A DNA stretch of 64,000 nucleotides, from assembly GCA_051362555.1 (NCBI GenBank), contig CM120641.1:20026001-20090000 (forward strand). Direction: 5' to 3'. Below are positions 1-13,500 of the stretch, piece after piece. A program made the translations under genes and the position numbers. The notes under the pieces were generated by a model, which did no database searches, had not been told where the DNA came from, and saw only the letters and a list, made by a program, of their open reading frames with translations. The DNA comes from Lingula anatina (lineage: Eukaryota > Animalia > Brachiopoda). Every line of letters begins with the position of its first letter. Position 1 is the stretch's first letter.

Positions 1-984
1 AATCATATTCATATTTGATGGAAAAAAAAGGTATAGCAATACCTGACAACAATGTCTTATTATTTTCCAATCCAAAACAGCTGGTTTAATTCTTTATTTA
101 AAATTTATATGAATATGTGATGATTAACTAGAAATAGTTACCAAAAAAGAGGGAATTTCAGCTTCATCTTTGTCATAGAAAGCTTAATGTGATTTTACAG
201 AATGGGGGCTTTGAGTTAAGTAATTGGATTATCCTGCTGGGAGAGGCATGATTAAATTATGTAACCTGACACCCAGTCCTGATTGCAGTCTCTTTAAGAA
301 ACCATTAAACATGACAGTGCTCCTCCCCTCAATCTCATGGCTACTTTCAGTATAAATTAATTGCTCCAACGTTTACCATCTGGGCACTGTCTGACAAAAA
401 AAAAAAAAAAAAAAAAAACATGTCTATGGACTAAACTTATATTGCGACTCTCTACCAGAGGCCAGCCAAGTGATGATGTAGTTGTTCACAGCTAGTGAAT
501 ATCTAGACAAATATAATATCTGTGAATATCCAGTGAACAAAATTCTTTCTGTGACCCTGGTAGAGGACAATACCCCTATAAAGTTGATTCTGCATCAATG
601 GTCTTTATGTGCTTCATAAAAGGTAAGAATGCTAAATTTTAGTTTTCTTCAAATAGTCAGCCTAAAATATTATGATAAGTAGAAAATAAGTGACAAACAA
701 CACTTCACCTGTCATTATCTAGGTTGTCAATGATTGCTTTCTACATTTTATCCATCATGACTGTGTAAAGAGGAAACAATCATCACATACCTACATTTAA
801 AGATGTCAGATGTTGATATTCATCAATTATGACATGGTCATTGATACTGCCTTGTGGGGTAGAGGAACACCCCTCTGGTAATCAACAAATGAAACCTTAG
901 GTAATGACAACAACTTTTCAACGAGCAAAATTCATCATTTTTTCAGATTCATAATTTTGTATTCATTAAAAATCACATTTCTAT

Positions 985-1050
985 ATATAGCATTTGTGGT
1001 TCTTTTACTGCATAGAACTATATGGGTAACCCGCTTTTCAAATTTTGTTG
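985..1050 (+). repeat. Dispersed repeat fragment, second copy near 11147-11220
   Basis: ATATAGCATTTGTGGT(T/G)CTTTTA(C/T)TGCA..TAGAACTAT..AATTTTGT shared in direct orientation. Confidence 0.6.
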
Positions 1051-1444
1051 CTACCATTCAATTAGATTGTTCTAATTTAAAGAATTTTGGACTATAAAAA
1101 ATACAGTATCTGTAAAATCACAATTTTCCCCATTGAAAAGATTGAATCATTGCTACAAATAATGATTTGAAAATGTTAAAACTAACAGTAAAAAGTTAAA
1201 ATGATCATGATCAATCAATCTATCTGACATTCTGAAGGTATTTTCTATTTGAAATTACCGTAAGTTGTATGCAATATCAGTTGCTATGTTTCATTGGCGA
1301 TCAAAAGCTCAGGCCTGCCTCATAGTAGGCTAAATGCTTGGCCTATGGATTTAGTGTTTCAGTTTTCTCAAAAGATGAAGAGAAACAAAAAAAAAAAAAA
1401 AAAAAAAAAAAAAGGAGCCTTAATCAGTCCTAAAACTGACTTAA

Positions 1445-1617
1445 GGCTTCATTCACATGCAATGTCTATTTTCTAAATTCTATTTTCTATTCACGCTATC
1501 TTATGATCATGGTTTGTTCCCTGAATATCCCGCCGCGTAATTACTGGCAGTGCGAGCCAGTTACTTATAGTAACTTATAGTAACTGGCTCGCGCTGCCAG
1601 TAATTATGAATGAAGCC
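1445..1617. mobile_element. Internally deleted copy of the same MITE family as 43836-44092
   Basis: Same left arm and centre, right arm reduced but TGAATGAAGCC terminus kept; TAA at 1442-1444 and 1618-1620. Confidence 0.88.
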
Positions 1618-2341
1618 TAAGACCAGGGCCCTTTCTTTTATCAGTTATCAAGATTCAAAATATGCTTAGATAATTAGTAAAATATTTTACAACAGCTTTA
1701 CCTGCATCTATAATCATAATGTATAACTTGAAATATCACTGTACCAGTACTTAGTATAAGATAAGTTTAATAAGAAACTATTAAAACTGCTTTTTATTTT
1801 CCATATATATATATATATCATTTTTTCATAACTCTGTCATTAAAAAAAACAAGTTTGATCCCTTCCTTCATGTTGCTTTTTAAAATCACTGCAAGTTTAT
1901 TTATCCATTGGGTCTTTATGGGGTTAAAGGTATCAGGCAAAAAATCTTAATGAGACATTTTATGCCTCATTAAAACAACCATAAAATGTTTAAGTTTATT
2001 TCAGAAGCAAGTAAATACATGAAATAATTATCATAAATCCAACATTTTTCAACCAAAAGGTGACACAGATGGCAATTTTCTATCTCTGCAAAATATTAAT
2101 TAAATTCAGACCTGAGTAAAAAAAGGAAAAAACAATATAAGAAAGTGTGTACAAAATAAGTCTTCTAGAGCCTTGTATTACTTATTCATATGCTAATACT
2201 ATTGGGTGATGTGGCTGTCGATAATGGGTTAGCAAAGACCCCTCTGTTCCTGTAAGTAGGTCAACCACACATAACAGGTATTACTCAGGTGTGTGCTGTG
2301 GTGAAGATGGAGAGTGTGTGCCCCACCCTGCAACCTCTCTA

Positions 2342-3904
2342 ATGAAGATGAAGAGGAGTTCTCTGAGGAATCTCACAGTTTTTACAGGTATAGCCTGTTT
2401 ATTGTATGTGGGGATTGTCTTCATGGTATGGACTAAATGGGCAGCACCCTCACATCTTGAATCTCAAAGGAATCCAGCTGAGCCATTAAGACTGAGTGAA
2501 AATGAATATAAAAACCAAGTAAGAACTTTACCTGACTCAAGACCAAATGACTGTAAACTGAGGACACAACCTACACAGTGGTTCAAAGTTTCTATTGTGA
2601 TATTTATTACCAATGAAGAAGTTGCTCAAATAGAGTCCACCTTACTATCAGTCCTTGCTAACACACCTAGTAACATACTTCACCAAATACTTCTAGTAAG
2701 TCATAGAACTAGTGTTACTACTGATAAATACTTGGACAAAGCTGCAGCTGACCACAAATCTGTCCAAGTGGTCCAGCTGAAACAAGACGGTGAGCTCACT
2801 TTTAAGTCAAAAATAGTAGCAACTTTGACAGTAGTTACAGGAGATATGATAGTATTTATGGAAGCTGATATGGAGTGCAACAGGATGTGGATTGAGCCTA
2901 TAGTTTCTCACTTGGCTGACCATCCACAGACAGTAGTCATACCAGTACTGGACAACATAGATAAACTTAGTGGAAAATATATAGGAACAGTAAAACCTGT
3001 AAAAACAGGCTTCTCATGGGATCTTCAGTTCATGCACTATGAACCAACATTTACTGAACTTGCCCATGCTGAAAGTGAGGCTGATCCCCTACAAACCCCT
3101 GTCCTGACAGGAAATGTGTTTGCAACCACCAAAGAGAATATAGTAAGTTGGAAACCAGTGCCATTCGAAGGAAGCCTTGAGTTGTCTTTTTATCTCTGGC
3201 TTTGTGGACATGAGATAATTCTCCTCCCATGTTCCAGAGTAGGCAAATACTCTGCTTATTCAGTCAGCAGTTTACCTGTGCAACAACATGTTAATAAAGT
3301 AGCCGACAAATGGTTAGGTCAATACAAGAAATACTTCTATGCAGCAACAGATTACAATAACCCATCTACTTCTAATACTGATGTGAGCATGGAAATCAAT
3401 GAACTAAAGCAAATAAAAAAGTGTCATGACTTTGATTGGTACATGAACACAGTAGTATTGGATCTCTTTAAACCTGTGGGAGACTTAGCAGCTTTTGGAA
3501 CTTTAAAATCACAGCCAAGTTCTATGTGTTTTCATGTTGAAGTCAATCAAAATTTAGAGGGGCTTCGTGGTCAGTGTAGTCCTGCTAGAGAGACAGGGAT
3601 ATTTCAACTAGACGCAGATGGCTTGCTGCGCATCCATGACAGGTGTGTCACAGGAGAAACCCATGGATATGTGACAATGAACGACTGTAACCCTGATGAT
3701 AAAGCCCAAACTTGGACTATTACTTCAAAGAAACAGATAATGCTAAAATCTGGACAGTACTGTCTCATGCATAATACTGATCCAGACAGGGAAAGAAAAG
3801 ACAGACAAGTACTCATGGCACAGGTCTGCAGAGATGATGAAAGCTTTCAACAATTCGTTTTCAGTAACTTTTTTGATCTAAAAAAATTGAAATCTTCCAG
3901 ATAA
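2342..3904 (+). CDS. Intronless polypeptide N-acetylgalactosaminyltransferase-like protein (GT27, ~520 aa): type II TM anchor, GT-A domain, C-terminal ricin-type lectin domain; catalytic motifs degenerate
   Basis: ATG at 2342 (MKMKRSS; the ORF-track start is a GTG). TM segment LTVFTGIACLLYVGIVFMVW; GALNT hallmarks RTLPDSRPNDC, VSIVIF, ECNRMWIEP, VVIPVLDNID, GFSWDLQF, LELSFYLWLCG, PCSRVG, KKCHDFDWY; Cys-spaced ricin repeats with QTW. Possible acceptor ttactcag at 2281-2288; AATAAA at 4235-4240. Confidence 0.9.
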   Translation: MKMKRSSLRNLTVFTGIACLLYVGIVFMVWTKWAAPSHLESQRNPAEPLRLSENEYKNQVRTLPDSRPNDCKLRTQPTQWFKVSIVIFITNEEVAQIESTLLSVLANTPSNILHQILLVSHRTSVTTDKYLDKAAADHKSVQVVQLKQDGELTFKSKIVATLTVVTGDMIVFMEADMECNRMWIEPIVSHLADHPQTVVIPVLDNIDKLSGKYIGTVKPVKTGFSWDLQFMHYEPTFTELAHAESEADPLQTPVLTGNVFATTKENIVSWKPVPFEGSLELSFYLWLCGHEIILLPCSRVGKYSAYSVSSLPVQQHVNKVADKWLGQYKKYFYAATDYNNPSTSNTDVSMEINELKQIKKCHDFDWYMNTVVLDLFKPVGDLAAFGTLKSQPSSMCFHVEVNQNLEGLRGQCSPARETGIFQLDADGLLRIHDRCVTGETHGYVTMNDCNPDDKAQTWTITSKKQIMLKSGQYCLMHNTDPDRERKDRQVLMAQVCRDDESFQQFVFSNFFDLKKLKSSR

Positions 3905-6407
3905 TGAATTTTATATGATGGGTTGTCCATAAGTAAATGTAGATTATAAGTGCAGTTTGAATAGTGGATAAAATGAGCGAATGAAAACATTCATACAAGT
4001 AAATGTGCTTGGAATACAAAGGGTATACAAGAACAAGGACTCAATAGTATTTGGATGCAAGCTTCTCCCAAAATTAATGTCTTATGTCTGTCCACATCCA
4101 AGACTGTATGGATTGTCTTTGTATTACACATTAGTTTTCTTATAAAGGAACAAGTTTCATGAACCAAATTAAACATAATATTTAAAACCTTTTTGAATGT
4201 GTATTAACATTAAATTTAATTAAAATTAAAAGCAAATAAAAAGCAGTATCAAATGTGAACTGTTACATGACAAAAGGTGTGGAGTACATTTGATGTCTAA
4301 GTTTGTTTAAAAACAATACATGGTGCTCACTGCATTAACTACAAACAGTCTTTATGTTAAACGTGGGAGTCATCACACTTCTTTTATGTAAAATTTAGTG
4401 TCTTAAAACTGCAAGCAATATTATCCAAAATTCTGCACACCCATAAATACCACCGTGACTAAAGAGCTTAAATTCTTACATCCTACTCTCATACCCAGGC
4501 AACATCCATCATAACAAAAGCCACCAACTCAACAAATTTAACCACATGCAATCTCTATATGTATCCTGAACAGCAATTAAAACTAAATGGGATGTGAACA
4601 TTTGCATAATTCTGAAGAAAAAAAAGTGCATTAAAATCTATTACTCTGCATCAAATGGAAAAAGAGTGGTGAAGCATACATAGTGCATTTCTTTTTCAAA
4701 AAACAGAGCTGATGGTTCATCCCAATGGTATTTGCAAACTATTTGCGTACATGAAAATACACATTATCACAGATACAGAGTAACAATATGCTTGGTTATT
4801 GGTCTGTAAACATTCTCTGGACATTAACACTGCCTGAGAAAGGAAATTATCTGGATCTTATAAGATATACTTGAAATTGTTAACTCTATTTGCACAAAAC
4901 TCCTGACCTAGAGCAAAATAAAAATCTTCCAACTTTACAAAGATTGATCGCAAAGGTCTGAATAAAAACTGCTATGAATAAACTTCAAATGCCATAATGC
5001 AAGATGCTGGTTAAAAGTGCACTCCTAATAGCTAAAAGTAACCCTTGAGGAAATTTCATCCTTCAGTGGGGGTGACACAATTCTTTCTCCATCAGAGATT
5101 TAAACTGCACTGAGAATGTGAAGAGCATCTGAGGTCATGTTTCATCTTCAATGGTATCTCAGCATAGAAATAAATAACATACATAATAAGAGGGACTTAA
5201 TTTTTTCTTTCTTTTATTTTTTTAAATATGCTAAAAATAGATGGTGCAGATGGAAGTGATTTGGATCCCATCATTATCTTTTAACCAGTGCAACAAATAT
5301 GGTATTTTTTTAATATATATAAAGCCCTTTCATGAATTTAAACATTATCACAAATATTTGGAAATTATTATTTATAAACATAAAACTGAAAAATTTGATA
5401 ATCACGAAAATGATTTTGTGACATAAGACTTTTTTTGCATTTCGTAGTAACATAATCGCATAAACTAGCACAATGTGCAATGAGCCAATTGTATACTCTC
5501 TATCATTTTATTTTAAATGATCTGCCCATAAATTGGAAAGATATTGTACAAGTACAATCAGTTATCTCTCTTTATTCTCATAACACATTGTGCCTTAACT
5601 GGGGTTCAGCATAAATCTTTCGGAAAGTAAAAACACACATAGCCTGTGTATGTGTGTGGGATTTTGCAATTCCTAGCACTAAGTCGAGTTTCTGTTTCCA
5701 ATAATAAAGTGTGTTAAACTAAGTGACATATGTATTGCATAAAACTTGTGGAACATTCACACTAAGAATAAGAGCCTTTTCAGCTGTGACACAATAAAAG
5801 GATTTTGAATTCCCTTTCATCAAAATACATGGATATTTCTCTTTATTGTTATGGACAACAAAGACATTTTATGTTCAATTGAAATTAGAGTATTTAGGTT
5901 CCTATACAGATAATAATACTTGTTTTTAACTGCAAACACAGTGCTAATTTTCAAATACCTAAAAGTTCTGAACTGATGACGTTCTCATACAATAATGAAA
6001 ATGTTAACCTGCTAACACTACAGCACATTTTCTTCTATTTGAACTGTTCTTTCACTGTTTTATGTTAAGTATACCTTCACCAGAAACCTCTTAAATGGTA
6101 GGTTTGGTAATTTCTTTGGGACTATTATGTATGTACAGTCAAACATAATTATGAGCTATTTATTTTCAAGCAGAAAACAGCCCAACAGTTCAGTCTAGGG
6201 TACAATACCAAACAGGTGTTAAACTAGAAAGAAACAAAGACATTACAAAACACTGCTATACAGCCCACAAGACTGAAAGTTGAAATTGAAAAGCCAACGT
6301 TTCTTGGCATTATATTTAACTTCAGCTTGGCAAACTCTTAAAACCATATTTCCAAAAACAGCACTTGTTGATTCTTTTTTAATATATGTTAATATTTTGG
6401 TTGTTTA

Positions 6408-6782
<375 letters not shown>

Positions 6783-9700
6783 CTAGAAAGAGAGATCAGT
6801 AATATGTAAACCAGATTGCTAAAAAATAAATCACTACAGTATTTCTTGAGAGACAAAATTAATACAATGCATCAATGTGTTAACATATGTCTCTAAGGAC
6901 CAAGATCCTAAATAAATTCATTTTTTACAAAATCACATAAATCTGACAAGGGTTCCAAATTGCACATTAATTAAAGCTGAAATATACCAGTATTAAAAAA
7001 AAATATATATCCAAAACCTTATCGTCATCCAAGTGTGACCACCCTTACTCTTAACTGTAGATGGTCACAAAGAAATATTAGCACTTATTTGCCTAGTATA
7101 TCAGCATCTTTGAAATGCTAAAGTGCTTTGCAAACATAAGATTCCATTTTCCTCTCTGTTATTGTCAATATTGATAAACTGCTCTGTTACCTTTTTGAGT
7201 GGCATTCTGCCCACCGTAATTTCACTTCTAAAGTTGAATACATTAAACTATGGCCAAAGACATAGTCCTTTCCTGAATGGTGTGGTTGCTACTTCACTGT
7301 GTGTCACGAAGCTGAGAAGTTTTCAAGCAAATAATGAGCCTGCTAAGAGGTTACAGCAGTTTGGTTCCTTCCTTTATAAGTCTAAATATATCTGCTACAA
7401 GTGAACTTCAGTACATTTACAACCTACTGCACACCACAGCCAGATGGCTTTTAACTTTGGAACCTAACATAACCCAATTTAAGGTCATGGAAATTGTCAA
7501 ATTTGAAAACAATGATAATTAAAAATCAAGTGGTGTACTTGAATCTTGCAGTTTTCACAAAACAATGAGCAACATACTGTGTTGTACTGTGACTATTACT
7601 TAAATTCTTAATTAGCTGCCGGCACACATCAGTCAACTACCAGACTTAATATTTGTAACCTCACTACTTGCCACTGTGTCCCTAGTTGCCTTTTTGTCTA
7701 TAGTCGTGAACCTAGAGCATACTTTCAAAACTGCCGAAACTACTTTGAAATTGATAAAGCCTCTAGTCAATATTAAAATTACTCTTTCCATGATCTCTGC
7801 CACAATAAGGGAGTACCTTAAATCAACATCTATTTGTTTAAAATGTCACAAGGTAAGCATGTTTTCCATTGATCCACGAGCAATGCTTCAATAGATCAAG
7901 CATTGATTCACTATAACATCAGATATAATTGGGTGGTGCTCATAGAACGTCATGACTATATCAAAACAAGCAATATTTGATCAGCAGAGGATGGTCGGAG
8001 ATCTAAATTAGAGAAATGGCCAATTTAACAACTATCAACTATCAATAGGTCAATTGAAATAACAGGGAAATTTTTCACATCTGGTCTTTGTACTGCTGAG
8101 GTCCTTGCAGTTTATCTACACACACAGTCAAAATGGTCACAATATGCATGCCCACAGAATAGGAATGCAATTATGGTAACAAAATAAAGGTTACTACTGA
8201 ATACATAACTTTATATACAACTTCCCAACATTAAGTAAACAATATGTAATAAACTGATATTGATTAGGTTATGGTATCTCATTCCAACTACATTAATAAC
8301 ATTTTTCCAAGGTACCAACGGTTTTATGAATAGCAGACATCCAAATCTGAATCAATTTTTTTTCTGTTAGATTAAAAACTGATAAATCAAAAGATATTTT
8401 ACTAACACAAGCATTTAAATTGAGTCTCAGCTTACCTAACCCTTTTTATTATAAATTTATCAGACTATGTGCTTAAAATCTAAATCTAAAATGTTACAAA
8501 ACTCCTTGTCTTTAATACTAAGTCAACATCAGCATAATCGGTCAAACATACAGTAATTCCATAAGCATACATTAGGCACCAACTTCCTAACATACCTGTC
8601 TCTCTAAGTGAATAATTATCTGTAAAATAAAGATGTCAACTTATTTCATTAATAAATTTCTGCAATCTAAATATATCAATCACTTGTGATCAATACCTTT
8701 CAAATGGACAGAATGAACCACCAGCACTATGTGCCTCTCCCACAAATATATCAGTTTCCTTACATATTCGAATACCAAGCAATTGTCACAGCTCGCAAGA
8801 ATGATAATACTTTAGACAAATAGGTGCACTGCTTCAGACCCCCTGGATGTATCAAACTTAAAACAATTAACTACCTTGGGTCTGAATTTATGACTGGTTG
8901 CAAATCAGGAGAATTAAATTTTGAATTGGAGCTTTGCTACCATCAAAGAACAATAAAATTTTAACATCACATAGAAATGTGTTTACATTTCATTATAGCC
9001 CACCTTTTTTTATTGACAAAAGTAACAAGTATTTTGTAGTGACTCTGTAAAAAAGTAATAGTAATAAAAGCATGGAGCTCGATAAAATCTTTATTGTACA
9101 ATGAAGGATACCAGTGGGCTAGACTGATCAAACAAGATGCACTAAAGACTTTTTGACTTTCTAATAACTTTCTAGGTTCATGCTGACATAAGAGTTTTTG
9201 CATAACACCTTGGTTAATTTACTTTGTCTGAAAAAAAAAAGTAAAAATACAATTTGCTTTATGGCACACCATCATTTGGGAAGAAAAGAGCTATTGGGGT
9301 AAATGTAAAGATACGATAGTGTAACCCCAGGACTAATACATGATAAGTCATGACCTTCTCCACCTAGTAAATCTACAATAAGAAAAGAGACAAAAAATTG
9401 GGTGGCAGTGTAACTATGGTACATACATTACTTTATCATGCTCATTTCCAATTAATATTATTTGTCAACAAATTATACTTCAATACTTGATGAAATAGGA
9501 CTGTCACTAAGCATCCTTAACATTTCATCAAAACATTCTAAACATTGATTGACACATAATACAAGCTATACAATATATATTCTCTTATTATGTATCAGCG
9601 TGACATTAGTACACACAACTCATAAAAATTGAAAATTTCTCAAAGACTGTACAAAGCTGAAAATGACACCTACAGTACATGTATCATTGAAAACTGCATA

Positions 9701-10312
9701 TGACAGCAACCTTGAATGTAACTTAAAAAAGTGGGACAAGTTTTAACCAAATCTGTTAGTAGGGGCAATATATGCAGTAAGCAATGGTCTATATGTAACA
9801 GCAAAATTTAGAGTGTACATTATATAAAGTAACACCTGATATTAATGTAATGCCCTCGTCCATTATCACAAAACACAAAACTGAGTATTTAAGCAGACTT
9901 TTGACGTTCACTTACTCATCTGCTATTATAAGCAGTAAAATTATTTCCTCGACAGACCTTTTTTCTTTCTTCAAACCAAAGGTGACATAGTTTCCTCTAA
10001 ACAGCTCCAAGCTTTGGGTCGATGTTTCAAAACAAATCAATGCATAGCCAAGTTTTATGGTCGTTATACATACGCTCGATATCTACACAGACCTTATATA
10101 CTAAAGAAAGTAGATTTTTCCTCAATTAATTTGTTTGTTGACTGTGATAAAAGTACCCATGTAATCTACGCGATAAGTTATTTCATTACCAGTAGCTTAT
10201 TTTGACTTGATAAATCCGATTATAATCACCGAAAAATTCGTCTGCATACACTCAAACACACTTCGCGTGCTGATACTATGACAATTTTCTTACACAGAAA
10301 TACTGCACTTAC

Positions 10313-10510
10313 TTTATATAATGTCATAAACGTCTTCAGTCCTCAGAGACTCCATTTTGAATACTTGCTGACATTTTCACGCTCTTTTTCTCACTTCAAA
10401 GGACGTGATTTATCCACCATTCAAATGGGTCTCCAGTGACAACATCAAGCGTTTCTGCCGTTACGTCACTTGCTGCTGCGCCCTCTGTACAGGTGTGCCA
10501 ATGCGTACAG
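10313..10510 (-). promoter_or_regulatory. Probable CDKL promoter and 5' non-coding exon (donor at 10313/10312)
   Basis: GTAAGT donor at 10312-10307; locally CpG-richer stretch with X-box-like GTCTCCAGTGACAAC (10429-10443), CRE-like TTACGTCA (10461-10468) and CCAAT (10498-10502). Confidence 0.5.
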
Positions 10511-13500
10511 ATAAAAATGCCCTTGGAGTCTTCGATCAGATAGTTGGTCGATATTTCAAAGATTGTATAGAAAATAAAACCTGGATTTGTTGGAACACTT
10601 TCACAAAATCCCCTGAAAATCTTCGAATAACAGAGGGTCGATTTCCGTTAGAACGAATAGCAGGAACTTCAAGATCAAATGGAAACATGAAGTGTTCCCA
10701 TTGCAGTAGATGTTCTGCGATGTAGACCTACCTATTATCACCAGTCTCTATATTGTAATGATTTTAAAAACTTTCACTGTATAATATTAACGTTTGGTAT
10801 TAACATAATCTTTTATTTTTTATTATTATTATTATTATTATTATTTTATTATTATTATTATTTTTTTTGTAATAGGTCTGTTTCTTCTTTATTTTTTATT
10901 TAGACTTCTTTCTTCAACTAACCAATTTGTTAAAAAAAAGTTGATCTTTTTATGTTAAAATTAATAAATGGAGTTGTCATTTTCGATATGATACCAGGCC
11001 CACAAGGACATAACTATTCTTTCAGTATAAGACACACTCAGACCATGTCCATTTTCAAATTGACCTGCAGTTTAGATGACCTTCCATATCTAACTGATGA
11101 TCAAACTTTCAGATACAATATTTTATAATCGCAAAATTATATTACTATATAGCATTTGTGGTGCTTTTATTGCACAGAATAGAACTATGAAGTAGACTGC
11201 CTTTTTTTTGTAATTTTGTCCATGGATAAAGTAATTTTAAACCTGTAGCAGATATGAGCTTAAATATAATTACCATTTTGATGATCATACAGCATCAACA
11301 AACCATAAATTATCAAAGAAAAATGTTACAGTACATGGAAAAGATATGAGGAATAATTGATTTTGCCCCTTTTCAAAGCGGCTCTTCAAGGTAATCAGTA
11401 ATCATCATGAGTTGGAAGCAAAATGGCCACATTGCTTCCCAGCTATTGCAATATCAAGAAATATGTCTGCAGCTCCCTCTCTGGCTTTGGCACCCGCCAG
11501 GCCTTCAGCCCTGGCAACATGGACAGACACAAATGATGAAAATACAAACAAGCACTACCCTTTATCTGTAAATACGAATAGTAGATAACCCTAGATCTAC
11601 AATGCAAACTGCCACATCTACCATGGAACTTATTTAACTTTTTTTTTTATCAACAATATCAATTATTTATTTTTTGATTTATTTTTGCATTTTGAAAAAT
11701 TCTGGTCGATTATTTACACCTGACACTTAATTTCCTTTCCTGTTCATTTTAGGAAAAATAAAAACCAATGAGTCATTTTGTACAATCTTTATTCCACTTG
11801 TGGTTGTGGTAACTGGGATGTATGTGATACTCGTGTACTGCAACTTAAAAAAACGTTGTTCTCACATCTATTGCAATTTTGATCCAAAGCACATTCATTA
11901 CCATGATGTAATTATAGTAAACATCAAAATCCATGAAGTCTGCTGATAATGGCATTTATCTACAAAATGTTAAAAATGAATGACAAAATAAAGAATTGTC
12001 AGAAAATCAAATGCCATTACATATAATAACATTGGTCTTGCAATTTTATTTATTTATTTATTATTATTATTATTTCATTATTATTATTTCTTTGAAGACT
12101 GAATGGTTCATTTAGGTAATACAGATACTGTAGATTGGCGGACCATTATGAGAATTAAGCTGTAAAGTAATCAAATAAATCCCCCCCCCCCCCCATCAAT
12201 AACTTTCCAGTACTATCTGATGATGGATCCACTACAAATAACTGTTTTAAAGAAATTTAACATTTCACTTTGCTTTCTCAATTCAAGAGAATCTTTCAGG
12301 CTGTTTTTCTTTTTTTCTTTTATTATTGTTTTTACATGAATTCACAAGAAAATACAAGGTTCAAAGGATTATTGATAGGATAAGATGTCCAATTGTGATA
12401 TGAACCTTGATTTACTGCATTTAGTGAATTTGCAACTTTTCTTAATTGATACTAGAAAATCACAGAAATACAATCCATGTAAGTCCAATATCACTATTTT
12501 TTTAGTAACAAAAGATGGGATCTGTTTACATTTGGACATTGGTTGTTTAAAAAAAGTCTATTACGCTGACAACCTCATGCTCCCATCAGTATCCTTATAT
12601 CCAATTTTATATGATAAAATGACACAAAGTGTAATATAATTATTTATTTTTTCTCTAGGTAAGAAGTGGATACATCTCTATAAAAATGCTCATCATCATC
12701 TATGAAAGGGATAGTAAACCATTATTACTATCAAGGATTTTCTAGAAAAATATTTAACAACTTGCTGAAACTGTGTTGCCTATCATACAACAATACCAGA
12801 ATTGTGACCAATTTCACAATAAAAAACAAAAATCAGACCAACCTTGACTGGTTTCTCTTGTCATAATAACTAAACGCCCACAAAGAATCAGATTTTATTC
12901 TTTGCTGAAATCTTAATCATCAACCCCAAAAGCTTCATAAAAAAGCAAATTTCCTTGACCTTCTTTTCACAGCTTAATCAAGGCAAAGAAATCTAATGCC
13001 CTTAGCTTAAACAATGCCTTGTTTTAGTATACTCAAAAAACACAACCCAGCAGAAAAGCAACCTCCAAGTACAACTAATGCATCCAGAGTTTCAGAATCA
13101 TCTGGAAATTCACCTTTGTCATCTGCACAAACTACAGCATTAAGGGTACTCTTGGTTTAGACAAGTTGCAATTGGTACCATGAAGCTCAGAATGAATTTT
13201 AATAGACTGTTTCAATGTCTATGTTTGCAAATCCCTTCAGTTAGAAATTCAACTTAGTAACTTAACATATTGCTGGTGTCCATGACAATGTTTTGATTAT
13301 TTGCATAAAAGACCACATAGTGAACTTATTAATAGGTTTCAAATATTTTCTAATGAGGATAGTCTTAACTATAATGCCTTGATTTCCTAATTAATACATC
13401 AATAGTTACATTGTAAGTCAATACAAATGATACTGTAATTCATGATCAGCTTGAAAAGTAACAAAAGCATCAACAAACATGGAAGATATTAGTTATCAGT

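Noticed and set aside
2291-2341. 17-aa N-terminal extension of the GALNT-like ORF
   Set aside because: Starts at GTG; first ATG is 2342 and gives a typical short cytoplasmic tail.
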